In this document: piece by piece, positions 24,044 to 33,738 of the stretch
Numbering within the stretch: the stretch's first letter is position 1
Layout: the number at the start of each line of letters is the position of its first letter
DNA from: a virus
Taxonomy: Duplodnaviria > Caudoviricetes
Strand: one strand, 5' to 3'
IMG/VR virus record: IMGVR_UViG_3300032216_000646
Location: 31,751-95,750 of that record
DNA: 64,000 nucleotides
Program-made: the position numbers and the translations under genes
Notes under the pieces: generated by a model
Database searches by the model: none
The model's input: the letters and a program-made list of their open reading frames with translations, nothing else
What the model was told of the DNA's origin: nothing

Positions 24044-26079
24044 TACGAGTTCTCCTTGATTAGTTTGATTTCACAAGCGTCAGTGGTGCAGTATGCCTCA
24101 CCGATGGCGTCAATGCCCAAGCCCTGATAGACCCCAGCAAAGTCGATAGGGAACAACTTAGCCTCTTGCTCAAGGTATTCCTCCTCGGTGATTTGCGTGT
24201 AAGGCATCTGAGGATAGGTGTCATTACCCATTGGCAAGAAAGAGACCGTCTTTAGTTGTCCGTCATACATTCGCAAACACGTTCCAACATCCTTAGCCTC
24301 ATCCGTAGCATCGAAAGTTACCGTAACGCTCACTGAGTTATCACTCCAATAGCGCTGTGCAGTAGCAGCCAAAGCCATCTTTTCAAAGACAGAGACATCC
24401 TTTTCACTGCGCTTGGCGTCAGTTTTGATAGGGAAAAACACAACTGAGGTAGTGTCTGGTGACTCTGATGCAGGCTCAACACGGTAGTTAGCCATCTTGA
24501 ATAGTTCAAGCATTGGGTCACTGTTACCAAAACGGATAGCACGGTTGAAGAACTTACCGCCAGAAGTCCAGTGGACACCTGGAGATTCACCAGCCAAGAT
24601 AGACACAGTGCCAGAAGGCTTTACAGTAGTCATCTTGATGCTCTCACGGATGCCCAGCCACTCACTGTAAGTCTGGTCATAGCCCTTTACTGTCTTGTAA
24701 CCTTCATCCATCCACTCACGCAAAGTCTGCATGCCCTTGTTGTCTGCAAAGTTTGCAACACCAGAAACCGAAGTTCCAATGCGACGGTTACGTTGCATGA
24801 TTGCGTTGGTTTCCTCCCAGTGGGTAGGAAGCAAGGTTACAGTCTTGGCGTAAAGGTAAGCAAACTTTAGAGTGCGCTTGAAGTCCTCAAGAGAGTCGTG
24901 ACGGTTCAGGTAAGTCTCAACCAAAGTACACATTTCAAATGATTCAAGTGATTGTTCGGCGCAAGGGTTGTAGCCCATGATTCGCCAGTCCTTGTTGTTT
25001 GGAGCATCAACTAAGCGACCATACTTCTTAGAAGTGTCCATCCAAATAACACCTGGCTCACCATTGCGAACGATTCCATCGACGATAGGCTCAAAATCTG
25101 TGCCTACGGATACCTCTACGGAGTTGTTTGACATCCAAGCCCAACCTGGCTTTTCAGGGTCATAAGAGTTACGCTCAGGGAACACGTCAGAGTTCTTCAA
25201 GTTCAAGAAGTCTTGGTCGTCAATACGCCCGATTAGTAGTTCAGCGGAGCGACGCACGTTGCCCGAAACTACACAGACACCAATCATGTTGCCAATGTCA
25301 GCGATGTCCTTACGGGTAAGTGCTTCGCCTTTGCGACCCAAGAACATCCCACGGATGTGGTTATGGAGTTTCAACAGAGGCTCATGTCCAGCAGCAGTGC
25401 CACCAAACGTTTTGATAGGCGCTCCGTAAGGGCGAATCTGGTCATAGTTGAAGTCCCAGTTAGGCTGGTCAGGCTTCAAGAAAGAGTTGATAAGCGCAGA
25501 AGTAGACTCTTGCCATCCTTCACGAGTGTCAGGGATGTCGTAATCCTGTGGGGTGTTTGGCTCATAGATTTCAAAACCTTTGTCTGCACCCTTGTCATCA
25601 AAGCCAACACCAACGCCCAACATAGACGCCTCCATAAGAAAAGCGAAAGGCTTGGCAGGGTTGTTCTTAGTCATTTCATTGGTGGAAACAAATGCACAGT
25701 TCTGCAGAGCCGCTGAGTTCTTTTGCTTGTTTACAATGTCAGTTCCCATGACCCAAAGTCCACGACCTGGTGGTGTCCACTTCAAGTTGAACAGACGGTC
25801 AAACGCCTCCTTAGCCGAGGCTGCTGCCTTAGCGTCAGACCATGGCAAGCGTGATGACTTAGCGTGGTCTTTCTGAAGTGAATACATACCGTTGATTACA
25901 CGCTCACATACTTCGACCCAAGTTTCCTTAGTGCCATCGTCTTTCTTGCGGGAGTATGTGCGGAGGAATGTAATCTCGCCTACGGAGTTTCCTGCTACAT
26001 CTTTGTAACCAAACGGTGCTTTCTTATCCTTGTAAGTTGATACAAAATCTTCCGCTAAACGGAAAGAGAACATGCTCAT
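24043..26079 (-). CDS. nrdJ: Class II (B12-dependent) ribonucleotide reductase
   Basis: PPGRGLW, NCAF, GNVRRSAE, NPCAEQ, TVKPSGT, C-terminal CTTDAC. Confidence 0.92.
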   Translation of the reverse strand: MSMFSFRLAEDFVSTYKDKKAPFGYKDVAGNSVGEITFLRTYSRKKDDGTKETWVEVCERVINGMYSLQKDHAKSSRLPWSDAKAAASAKEAFDRLFNLKWTPPGRGLWVMGTDIVNKQKNSAALQNCAFVSTNEMTKNNPAKPFAFLMEASMLGVGVGFDDKGADKGFEIYEPNTPQDYDIPDTREGWQESTSALINSFLKPDQPNWDFNYDQIRPYGAPIKTFGGTAAGHEPLLKLHNHIRGMFLGRKGEALTRKDIADIGNMIGVCVVSGNVRRSAELLIGRIDDQDFLNLKNSDVFPERNSYDPEKPGWAWMSNNSVEVSVGTDFEPIVDGIVRNGEPGVIWMDTSKKYGRLVDAPNNKDWRIMGYNPCAEQSLESFEMCTLVETYLNRHDSLEDFKRTLKFAYLYAKTVTLLPTHWEETNAIMQRNRRIGTSVSGVANFADNKGMQTLREWMDEGYKTVKGYDQTYSEWLGIRESIKMTTVKPSGTVSILAGESPGVHWTSGGKFFNRAIRFGNSDPMLELFKMANYRVEPASESPDTTSVVFFPIKTDAKRSEKDVSVFEKMALAATAQRYWSDNSVSVTVTFDATDEAKDVGTCLRMYDGQLKTVSFLPMGNDTYPQMPYTQITEEEYLEQEAKLFPIDFAGVYQGLGIDAIGEAYCTTDACEIKLIKENS

Positions 26080-26231
26080 AAAGCCACCATTTCTTGTTTT
26101 AGTTAAATACCCCCAGATTGGGGAACTTCTATTGTCGCTTGACTGAGCATAATCTACTTCTGATAACTCTGTCAAAATGAGACGATTTTTGCGTCCGACA
26201 GGTATCCGTCAGACAGCACCACTGTTATCAG

Positions 26232-27746
26232 TTACTTATCTTCGATAGCATTCTTGATAATGTAAGTGGTTTGCTCTTCCGTCATACCCTGTTGCTGACG
26301 TTCTTGCTCCTTGATTGCCTGCACTCTGTCACCAAAGATTGCGCTCAAAACACCCTGACCAGCATTGCGTTGTGCAGTGATTTGAATGAACTCTTTATTC
26401 TCATCAAGAGCCTTGATTTTCTCCAACATCTTGAAGTATCTGTCCATCTCTTGAGACAAGTTAGGGTCAGCATAACCACCGTTCAACTCCTCTGAGAACC
26501 GCATGAATGCTACTCTCTGGGCTTGCATCTCAAGCAACGTAGTGTTCAACGCACGTAGTTGAGCAGGGGTCTCGACCTTGACTGGCAGGTTGAATGCACA
26601 AGTGTTTGCAGGCTTGAATGCAGGGCAGTTAGCAGCAATAAAACAGGTGTCACACTGCCTCAAAGAGGTGGTGTTGGACTGCACCATAGGCACTTGCTTT
26701 AGAACATCACGACCATCTTGATTCTCTACAACAGTGGTCATCTCGTAACCAAAAACAGGCATAGAAATGACCTCAGAAGGGTCTCTTTGAACTACTTCTT
26801 GTCTTTCGACTTTCCGCATTTCAGAACCGTTGTTATCAGAAGAACCTATACCTGTTTCCATCAAACCAGTGTATAAAGTATCGTCACTGTTGTCAGATAG
26901 TTCTGACTGGGTTGGCTTCCATGGATGGTTGTTATTGCTGGGTGTGTCTTTACTCACATTTGCCTCTAACTGTAAATACGACCAGATTGCCAGCCGTGTT
27001 GCTTCCAAAGTATCATCCGCAACAAACTTCGCAAAGTCCAAGTCTGCACGTTCAACAATGTTCTTGTAGCGGGGTCTAGCCTGCTCTTTCATCCGTTTTG
27101 GGTAACGAACTAACTTGCCACCATCCCACACAATGGTTTCTCCTCGACGCATCGGTGATAGCCAAGAAAGAGTAGATGTAGTAGCAAAAGGAATCTGTCT
27201 TAGATTGTCGGGTTTTGCACAAGCCAGAGCGTGGAAGCGTACTGGGTGCTGACGGATAAGGTTACGGACAACGCCAGCCAAGGATGTAACAGACTCAATA
27301 GCCTCATAAGGGATGGCAATGTTCTGGAACTGAGTTGCCCACTTCTGCAATACAAGAGTGTTGTATGACTCATGCCAAACAATCCACATCTTTGGGTCGT
27401 TCTCGAAAGAGGCACGGTTTGCCACAATCTTAGGCAACCCCCAAACTTGTGAGTCAAACTCTACCCAACCTTCGATGCGGTCATAGTTTTCAGCAATGAA
27501 CTCCTCATACTCGGCTGCGTAATCTTCTAACTCGGATGGACTTAGGTTAGCCTTATCTGCTTGAGTTGCGCCAGAATCAACAAAAACCTTCATTTGGGGA
27601 AGAAAATGCTCCGCAATCAGGTATTTCTTAGTAGTAGGTAACCCACGCTTACGGAGACCCCAATAGTTGAGCATTACGTGACGGACACCCTCACGCTCCA
27701 ACAGGGTTCTATTGGACGGAATCTCTACTCCACCAAAGATAATCAT
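26232..27746 (-). CDS. TGT/DpdA-like TIM barrel fused to a Cys-rich C-terminal domain
   Basis: VFVDSGA, EFD, VWH, RFHALA, STLSW..RRGE; CDTC..CPAF..C. Confidence 0.55.
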   Translation of the reverse strand: MIIFGGVEIPSNRTLLEREGVRHVMLNYWGLRKRGLPTTKKYLIAEHFLPQMKVFVDSGATQADKANLSPSELEDYAAEYEEFIAENYDRIEGWVEFDSQVWGLPKIVANRASFENDPKMWIVWHESYNTLVLQKWATQFQNIAIPYEAIESVTSLAGVVRNLIRQHPVRFHALACAKPDNLRQIPFATTSTLSWLSPMRRGETIVWDGGKLVRYPKRMKEQARPRYKNIVERADLDFAKFVADDTLEATRLAIWSYLQLEANVSKDTPSNNNHPWKPTQSELSDNSDDTLYTGLMETGIGSSDNNGSEMRKVERQEVVQRDPSEVISMPVFGYEMTTVVENQDGRDVLKQVPMVQSNTTSLRQCDTCFIAANCPAFKPANTCAFNLPVKVETPAQLRALNTTLLEMQAQRVAFMRFSEELNGGYADPNLSQEMDRYFKMLEKIKALDENKEFIQITAQRNAGQGVLSAIFGDRVQAIKEQERQQQGMTEEQTTYIIKNAIEDK

Positions 27747-28228
27747 TCGAAGTTCAACCCCTCAGTGCGGGTCAAACGAGCATCTTGTGTTTTTAGTTCA
27801 TTCTGCTTACGGATGGCTTCTTCAATGTCAGTCCATGCCCTTACACGCTTAGGAGCGTCAGGACGGAACTCTGGACGGGTGTATGAGGGAACACCAAACA
27901 TCAAAGGCACAATGCCTTGGTCAAACGCATACGCCCACATGGTTGGGTTGTTAGTTAGGAATAGGTCAATACGACCTCTGGCTCTAGCCACGTTGATTTG
28001 ACGTTCTGCAAGGTTTTCGTCAACTAACGCTACGGACTTGTCAATCAAGTTGTCGTAATCAACGATTTTATTGACATCAATCCACTGCTGTGCCTCAAGA
28101 GCAGACATGTCAGTCATAAACGAAATCTGGTTATAGGCGGCTAACTGAGCCACCAAAATGATGCCCTGAGAGATTGGCTCATCATTACGCCCCCGTAATA
28201 CGCCTTCTAGTTCTACAAGTATGTGCAT
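27743..28228 (-). CDS. HAD-like protein with degenerate motif I
   Basis: ILVELEGVL in place of DxDGVL. Confidence 0.5.
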   Translation of the reverse strand: MHILVELEGVLRGRNDEPISQGIILVAQLAAYNQISFMTDMSALEAQQWIDVNKIVDYDNLIDKSVALVDENLAERQINVARARGRIDLFLTNNPTMWAYAFDQGIVPLMFGVPSYTRPEFRPDAPKRVRAWTDIEEAIRKQNELKTQDARLTRTEGLNFE

Positions 28229-28325
28229 AGTTTCCTAGTCGTTTTCGTCGCCACTACAGTGGCATCGACATTTTTCTTCCATGCAGACATTCCCGTAAAG
28301 TTCATGCCCGCATAATCTACAGTAG

Positions 28326-29219
28326 TCAGTTATTGAGATGAGTGTTCCTATAGGTTGCTGCTCGACGAATCAGTGTTCTAGCATCTGGGAGTTCTGCGGC
28401 TGCAGAAGGCTGACGGAGGTTCTCACGGATACTACGGAGCAACCCAATAGTTCCCAATCTTTTGCCCGCCTGCCATCTGTAGTTATGGAAATCAGCATAA
28501 CCAGTTCCTGTGGAAGAAAAGGCTAAACCTCTATTACTGTGAATCTCGTCATAAAGGGCTGAGGCTTGTTGACCAACAATAGATAGTCGGCTTTGCGCAT
28601 TACGCCTCAAAGCGTCGTTATGAGACGTCTGGACGTCATTTAGAGCCTGTGTGTAACGAGTGTGAGCCTGTGACGCTAACTGGGCGTCAGATGCCACTAC
28701 AGAGTCCCATGCGGGCTGTGCAGGGGCTTTCTGGTTTGGGTCTGGGTGGACAGTCCATTCGTCGTATTTGAGGTCGTATGCGGCGTATGGCTTGATAGCA
28801 CGAATGTCAGTAGCACCAGCGTTTACGTAAAAAGTTAGTTCGTAACCATTCCAGTCAGCGGTCTGTGGTTGCAGTTCTTCTCTAAACTCTTCGTTTAGTT
28901 GTTCGCTAATCTCAGTATCCGACAGACCAGCAAACTCTGGGTTGGCTTTACGGAACTGTAGATAATCCACACCTATAAGACAATCAAGGTCAGCAGGTTG
29001 TCTATTGGCTGACCATTGGTATGACACTCCAGACCCTGCAAGCCATGGACGTGACCATAGTTCTGGATGGCGGTAACGAACGCCTAAGAAGTCATTGAGC
29101 GTGGCGACTATACCCGTACGCACCCAAGACTGCAAAACCCTACCCTGAAATAGGGTAGGGTCAAGCATCTTTTCAGGTTCGCTGAAGTAAGAAGTAGGGT
29201 TGACGCCTGCAGTAGTCAT
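28326..29219 (-). CDS. Pol-beta superfamily nucleotidyltransferase
   Basis: LAGSGVSYQWS..DLDCL..ELTFY. Confidence 0.7.
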   Translation of the reverse strand: MTTAGVNPTSYFSEPEKMLDPTLFQGRVLQSWVRTGIVATLNDFLGVRYRHPELWSRPWLAGSGVSYQWSANRQPADLDCLIGVDYLQFRKANPEFAGLSDTEISEQLNEEFREELQPQTADWNGYELTFYVNAGATDIRAIKPYAAYDLKYDEWTVHPDPNQKAPAQPAWDSVVASDAQLASQAHTRYTQALNDVQTSHNDALRRNAQSRLSIVGQQASALYDEIHSNRGLAFSSTGTGYADFHNYRWQAGKRLGTIGLLRSIRENLRQPSAAAELPDARTLIRRAATYRNTHLNN

Positions 29220-29228
29220 ACGACTAGT

Positions 29229-29432
29229 TTAGTCGTTATCTGGCGTTTTCGGCGTCTGTATTACCCTGTGATTACGGACGTTTTCAGCATTGAAGGTTGG
29301 CTCAATAAAGCCGCAATCAACATGGGCTTCAGCAAACCTATTGGCAAAGTCGATTACTACCGAATCCATCTCATCGGCAGCGTCCATTGTGAACGAACTG
29401 TCACAACTTCCACACTTCAACTCAACCATCAT
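29229..29432 (-). CDS. Small zinc-binding protein
   Basis: CGSC..HVDC. Confidence 0.6.
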   Translation of the reverse strand: MMVELKCGSCDSSFTMDAADEMDSVVIDFANRFAEAHVDCGFIEPTFNAENVRNHRVIQTPKTPDND

Positions 29433-29435
29433 GGC

Positions 29436-29726
29436 TTATTCTCCTTCGGGAGTAACTCCACGCTTTGCCAGCGCTTCCTTTACCTTATCAGAAACCGACT
29501 CAGGAGTTGGGTTCAAAATAGGCATAAGGGTGGCGACAATACGGTCAACCAGAAGGGCGTTGTCCACTTCTTGGACTACCTGACGGGCAATCTGGTAGAT
29601 GTCAAAGTTAGTGGCGGGGCGCTTGGTAACCAACTCATCGGTGATTGGGTCTGGGCTGGTGGCAAACGTTCCATCAGCGTAAATGACTACGGAGAAGGAG
29701 GTTTCGATTTCTTTGTTTTCGGACAT
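29436..29726 (-). CDS. Hypothetical protein
   Basis: AAGGA RBS; MSENKEIE. Confidence 0.65.
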   Translation of the reverse strand: MSENKEIETSFSVVIYADGTFATSPDPITDELVTKRPATNFDIYQIARQVVQEVDNALLVDRIVATLMPILNPTPESVSDKVKEALAKRGVTPEGE

Positions 29727-29733
29727 GTTTTCC

Positions 29734-30294
29734 TTAGTTGTTGTAGAGACCCATAATCTGACGGCGACGTTGAACAACCTCACCGTGATAAGGGCAGAAG
29801 TTACAGGTGTAAACTTTAGGACCGTCAAGGTGTTCAGGCAATGGTAACCCTAGTTCCCCACGTTCCTTGGCAGTGTTTGGAAGAAGGCGCTTAGATGGGC
29901 TTTGGTAGTCTTCACAATCAAACTTAGGCTGATTGTGACGCTGCCAACATTCCATAGCATCTTCCGCAAACTGCATTTTGGTTTCATAAAATGACTTGTC
30001 AGGGTCAATCTCATTTAGACCAGCAGAACCACCCTTTTTGAACTGCTCAAGGATGACTTTTTTCTGCTCAGGATTTGCCCATGCAGTTACAGGCAACTTG
30101 AACAACTTACCCTTATGAGGTTCTCCAGAGTCAAACACATGTTTTTCCAGAGAAATCTCTAGTAGATAATCACGGTCGCTCGGACCCTCATAGTCAGGCA
30201 GTTCTTCAAGAGTTTCACAAACTAGGCACATCAACAAACGGATGAGCGGACCTTCGATTGGTTTTGAACCAATAACGGGTTTGAAATCAGACAT
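29734..30294 (-). CDS. Cys-rich hypothetical protein
   Basis: CLVC, CNFCP; AGGAG RBS. Confidence 0.7.
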   Translation of the reverse strand: MSDFKPVIGSKPIEGPLIRLLMCLVCETLEELPDYEGPSDRDYLLEISLEKHVFDSGEPHKGKLFKLPVTAWANPEQKKVILEQFKKGGSAGLNEIDPDKSFYETKMQFAEDAMECWQRHNQPKFDCEDYQSPSKRLLPNTAKERGELGLPLPEHLDGPKVYTCNFCPYHGEVVQRRRQIMGLYNN

Positions 30295-30340
30295 GTAATG
30301 CTCCTAGTTAGAAAACTATCTAACTACATACTAGTGGGTT

Positions 30341-30736
30341 TTAGAACTTTTGGCGAGGGTTGAATGTAGGTTTTGGTTCGTGCAGAATACGCATGTTCTG
30401 GTCACGTTCGTTAGGGTGAGGTTTGGTGGAGTGCATGATGCCTCCACTAATCTGTAGCCCTGGACTGGTTGGGTGGTCTTCTGCGTGAACAGTATAGCCA
30501 AAACGTCCAGCAACACCTACATTGCTAACAGACTCATGAATACGTTTGATTCCCTCTGCCATCGTGTTGGCGTGAAAGTGATTTACACCACCATCTGGGC
30601 TATACACTTGGAACTTCTTTAGACCTGCAAAGTTCTTATCAGTGTCCATGTTCATGGTGTCCTGATGAGCATGCTCATACAGGTTTGAACGGTTAGGGTG
30701 ATTGCCACGGTCTTCGGGCATAGCGGCTGTGTACAT
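30341..30736 (-). CDS. His-rich hypothetical protein
   Basis: ATG at 30736 overlapping the upstream TAA. Confidence 0.6.
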   Translation of the reverse strand: MYTAAMPEDRGNHPNRSNLYEHAHQDTMNMDTDKNFAGLKKFQVYSPDGGVNHFHANTMAEGIKRIHESVSNVGVAGRFGYTVHAEDHPTSPGLQISGGIMHSTKPHPNERDQNMRILHEPKPTFNPRQKF

Positions 30737-31158
30737 TAGACTTCCTGAACTGGACGACCAGAGGCGGCTGCGCCACGACGTAGTGTCCCTTGGTGGATAC
30801 TTGTGGTCATACTGTGCTTGTCCTTTGGAATGACCCAACCCTGTGACTCGCTGTGAACACCAATAGGAGTTCCATAAGACTTCACAATGTAGTTGATGTC
30901 AGCCAATGACTTGATAGCCTGCAGACCTGCGCCTGAATACAAACGACCAAAAGAAATGTCAGTTCCAGCGGTTGGAGAAATCCTCTGACCGCTAAATGAA
31001 CCAGAAGTAGCAAAACTCTTCAACTGAGAGATTGGAGCATCTGCAGTTGAACGAGTGGCTCTCTCATTCTTTTCACGACGAGTAGGCACAGCCTTTGATT
31101 CGTGGTAGTGAACACCAAGTTGTGGCTCGCCACATGTAGGGCAAAAATCTGCACCCAT
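30736..31158 (-). CDS. Hypothetical actinophage protein
   Basis: YIVKSYGTPIG..SMTTSIHQG motif. Confidence 0.65.
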   Translation of the reverse strand: MGADFCPTCGEPQLGVHYHESKAVPTRREKNERATRSTADAPISQLKSFATSGSFSGQRISPTAGTDISFGRLYSGAGLQAIKSLADINYIVKSYGTPIGVHSESQGWVIPKDKHSMTTSIHQGTLRRGAAASGRPVQEV

Positions 31159-31160
31159 AG

Positions 31161-31379
31161 TTAAAACTTCCAATCGTGTTCGGCAGGTTTTTGCTTCTTC
31201 CAAGACTCAATCATGTTACCGCTTCCATCTCCAACTGGAACAAAATCAGGATTTGATTTTTTGTTCCATGTCGCTTCTGCTTGTTTCCAAGCATCAGTGT
31301 GGGCGTCTGTGTGCGGGTTTAGTTCGGTAACATCACCGACGGCTTTTCCTGCCTTACTACGTTTTCTAAATAGAGGCAT
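31161..31379 (-). CDS. Hypothetical protein
   Basis: ORF in a tightly packed operon. Confidence 0.6.
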   Translation of the reverse strand: MPLFRKRSKAGKAVGDVTELNPHTDAHTDAWKQAEATWNKKSNPDFVPVGDGSGNMIESWKKQKPAEHDWKF

Positions 31380-31381
31380 GA

Positions 31382-31588
31382 TTACTTCCCTGGGTTTACC
31401 TTGGCTGGGTATTCAGAAGTCTTGAAACCGTAACCATAAAATGGGTGAAGTGACTGTAGGTTGTCTACAGTCTTCTCGTGACCTAGAACATCTAGGACTT
31501 CGGTGTCTGGGCGAGCCTTGCGGTACTTGCCATCAGTTGTGCCTTCTTCAAGGCTCTTGCTCATTGAGCGGCTGGTGTTTACTGCCAT
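31382..31588 (-). CDS. Hypothetical protein
   Basis: ORF in a tightly packed operon. Confidence 0.65.
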   Translation of the reverse strand: MAVNTSRSMSKSLEEGTTDGKYRKARPDTEVLDVLGHEKTVDNLQSLHPFYGYGFKTSEYPAKVNPGK

Positions 31589-31599
31589 TTTCTTCTTTC

Positions 31600-31905
31600 C
31601 TAACTTAGGTATGCGTACTTGTAAGAGTTTACGATGCCCTCAGCGATGTCTTTAGGAGTCATTGACTGACCATAACGGGCATCTCTGCCTTCAGCAACTC
31701 CAAGAGACGCTGCAGTGCCTAAGTGTTCAGCGGCAATCTGCAACTGGTTGTGTGCTTCTCTAAAGTTGTTGCTGTCGTGATGTTCGGCAGAACGGTGAAA
31801 TGCTTTGACAGCCCTGTCTAATGTTGAGTGAACTGCGTCGCTTGTCCCATTGTAGTAACCTACACGGTTGATAAGTTCTGCCATGTCGTCATGTTCAGGT
31901 GTCAT
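31600..31905 (-). CDS. His/Ala-rich helical protein (paralog A)
   Basis: Aligns by eye with 31912..32223. Confidence 0.65.
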   Translation of the reverse strand: MTPEHDDMAELINRVGYYNGTSDAVHSTLDRAVKAFHRSAEHHDSNNFREAHNQLQIAAEHLGTAASLGVAEGRDARYGQSMTPKDIAEGIVNSYKYAYLS

Positions 31906-31911
31906 GATTTC

Positions 31912-32223
31912 CTAACCTAGGTACTGTCTGCGGTATGCGGATGCAATCGAGTCAGCAATAGGACGAACCTGTCCATTGCTTAGTAGGCGACCGATTGAAC
32001 CAATGTGAGATGCTGCGCTTGATAGTGCAGAATGTGCGGCACGATACGATTTCTTGCCGTGAAGAACCATTGCTTGGTGGAGCATGTCATCTGCTCTGTC
32101 AGCCAAAGTGTCTACTTGGTTACTAGATGCGTCATCTAGACCACGCAACTGTTGAGCATGGGCGTTTCGTCCCTGAGCCAGAAGGCTGTACATTTGATTG
32201 ATGTGGTGGCTGTCTGGATTCAT
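31912..32223 (-). CDS. His/Ala-rich helical protein (paralog B)
   Basis: ATG 32223 in TAATG overlap; aligns with 31600..31905. Confidence 0.65.
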   Translation of the reverse strand: MNPDSHHINQMYSLLAQGRNAHAQQLRGLDDASSNQVDTLADRADDMLHQAMVLHGKKSYRAAHSALSSAASHIGSIGRLLSNGQVRPIADSIASAYRRQYLG

Positions 32224-32423
32224 TACGAAATCATCCCTTTCACTCTGTGTGCCGAACGGGTGTTCAAACAAGGTAGGCACAACCCCTTGTTATACATAAA
32301 CTCAACAGGGTTTACGATTACGCCGCATTGCGGGCAAGGCGCAGACCCTCTATAAAGAGTAGCATTTTCGGCTATTTTTGCAGCCTGAAGTTCTAGCGTA
32401 AATCCGCCGTCGCCATTATCCAT
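32223..32423 (-). CDS. Small zinc-finger protein
   Basis: CPQCG..CLPC. Confidence 0.65.
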   Translation of the reverse strand: MDNGDGGFTLELQAAKIAENATLYRGSAPCPQCGVIVNPVEFMYNKGLCLPCLNTRSAHRVKGMIS

Positions 32424-32425
32424 GA

Positions 32426-32833
32426 TTAGTCACTTCCTAAACTGTTTCTACTGCTTCCTGCATACCCTGCTGGGCTGCCTGAATACCACGACACACGTGG
32501 TTCTGTGTAAACACGGTCAATACTGACGACATCGTCAATACCAGGCTGTGTTCTTTCTCCCCAACCAAACCTTGGCGGGAACAACTGAATCTGAGGGATT
32601 GGTGGGCGAACCATTTGCTGCAACTGCGCACCTGGAATGGTAGCAACCATGAGTGCTTGTTGGGTTAGTCGTTCTTCATTTGATGCAAACGGACCCGAAT
32701 ACGCCCAGCGTGCGGGAATCCTGTCGGAGGGTCTAGCGGATACGCCAGCGTTCTGCCAAGGTTTTGTGTGGTCATACTGTCCGTCAGTCTCATTGACTCC
32801 GTGACTAAAACCTAGTTTTGCAATCTCAGCCAT
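32426..32833 (-). CDS. Hypothetical protein (possibly virion-associated)
   Basis: ORF in a coupled operon. Confidence 0.65.
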   Translation of the reverse strand: MAEIAKLGFSHGVNETDGQYDHTKPWQNAGVSARPSDRIPARWAYSGPFASNEERLTQQALMVATIPGAQLQQMVRPPIPQIQLFPPRFGWGERTQPGIDDVVSIDRVYTEPRVSWYSGSPAGYAGSSRNSLGSD

Positions 32834-33738
32834 TACCGCTCCTGTGCTGGTAGTGGTGGAAGACCGTGGTTAGTCGGGTCCCAATGTGGGTTTTCTTCTA
32901 TCCATCTACGAACCTTATTGGCTTCACCTGTAGCAGAGGCTTGTGAACGCACGTTTGAAGTTGTTTTATTGCGCTTTTGGTAAGACCAGTGCATTGCTTG
33001 GTAACCACCAAACGTTGTGTCTGGGTGGATTAGACCGTTAGAGATTGAATGGGCGTATGCGTGTTGATAAGCGTTTTGCACAAAGTCATAAACGTGTGCT
33101 TTTTTCATGTGGTCGTTAGCAACGTCGGCATTCAAGTCAAGTCTGTCCATGCCTGCATCGTAAGCGTGGAAATCAACAGGGAAACGAGTTGACTTTCCTG
33201 CAGTTGCTAAGGCGTGCGCAAAGTCTGGTGTTTTACGGTAAATACGAACAGTAGGTTTACCTTCGCTTGCAAAAACATCTGGACCTACAGGGTCGCTAAT
33301 CTCGTTGTCACGGATACGAAGTGCTTTACTGATTACACCATTAGTTGTGCTTTCTAACGGAGTGCCAGAGATACCCACGTTACGGCGCATTTCTGACAAA
33401 ACATCTTTGTCAGCGCCTTCTTTACCCATTTCTACCATTTTGTGGATTTGACGAGTTTGAACATCATCGAAGTCAAGAGTTTGAAAACTACCCAAAACGT
33501 TTTGTGACCAAGAGTTTTTAGGGGATAGGACGCTAAGTTGACCAGCACCTGCGAATGCGGGATTGGCAGCGCTAAACTGTTGCCCAATGTGAGTGGCGTA
33601 TTGATGCCCTTTTGGATACCACGAGTTACCTGTTTGCACATCAACAGGCTCAAACTTTGCAGTTCTAGCCAACAAGTTGCCCACTAAAGCGTGGTGGTTT
33701 TCTTCATTTAGTTCGAAGTTTCCAGGTGTCAGTGCCAT
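32833..33738 (-). CDS. DUF7178-like protein (possible HhH glycosylase-like fold)
   Basis: SWY..LSPKNSWSQN..PVDFHAYD..YQAMHW. Confidence 0.5.
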   Translation of the reverse strand: MALTPGNFELNEENHHALVGNLLARTAKFEPVDVQTGNSWYPKGHQYATHIGQQFSAANPAFAGAGQLSVLSPKNSWSQNVLGSFQTLDFDDVQTRQIHKMVEMGKEGADKDVLSEMRRNVGISGTPLESTTNGVISKALRIRDNEISDPVGPDVFASEGKPTVRIYRKTPDFAHALATAGKSTRFPVDFHAYDAGMDRLDLNADVANDHMKKAHVYDFVQNAYQHAYAHSISNGLIHPDTTFGGYQAMHWSYQKRNKTTSNVRSQASATGEANKVRRWIEENPHWDPTNHGLPPLPAQER

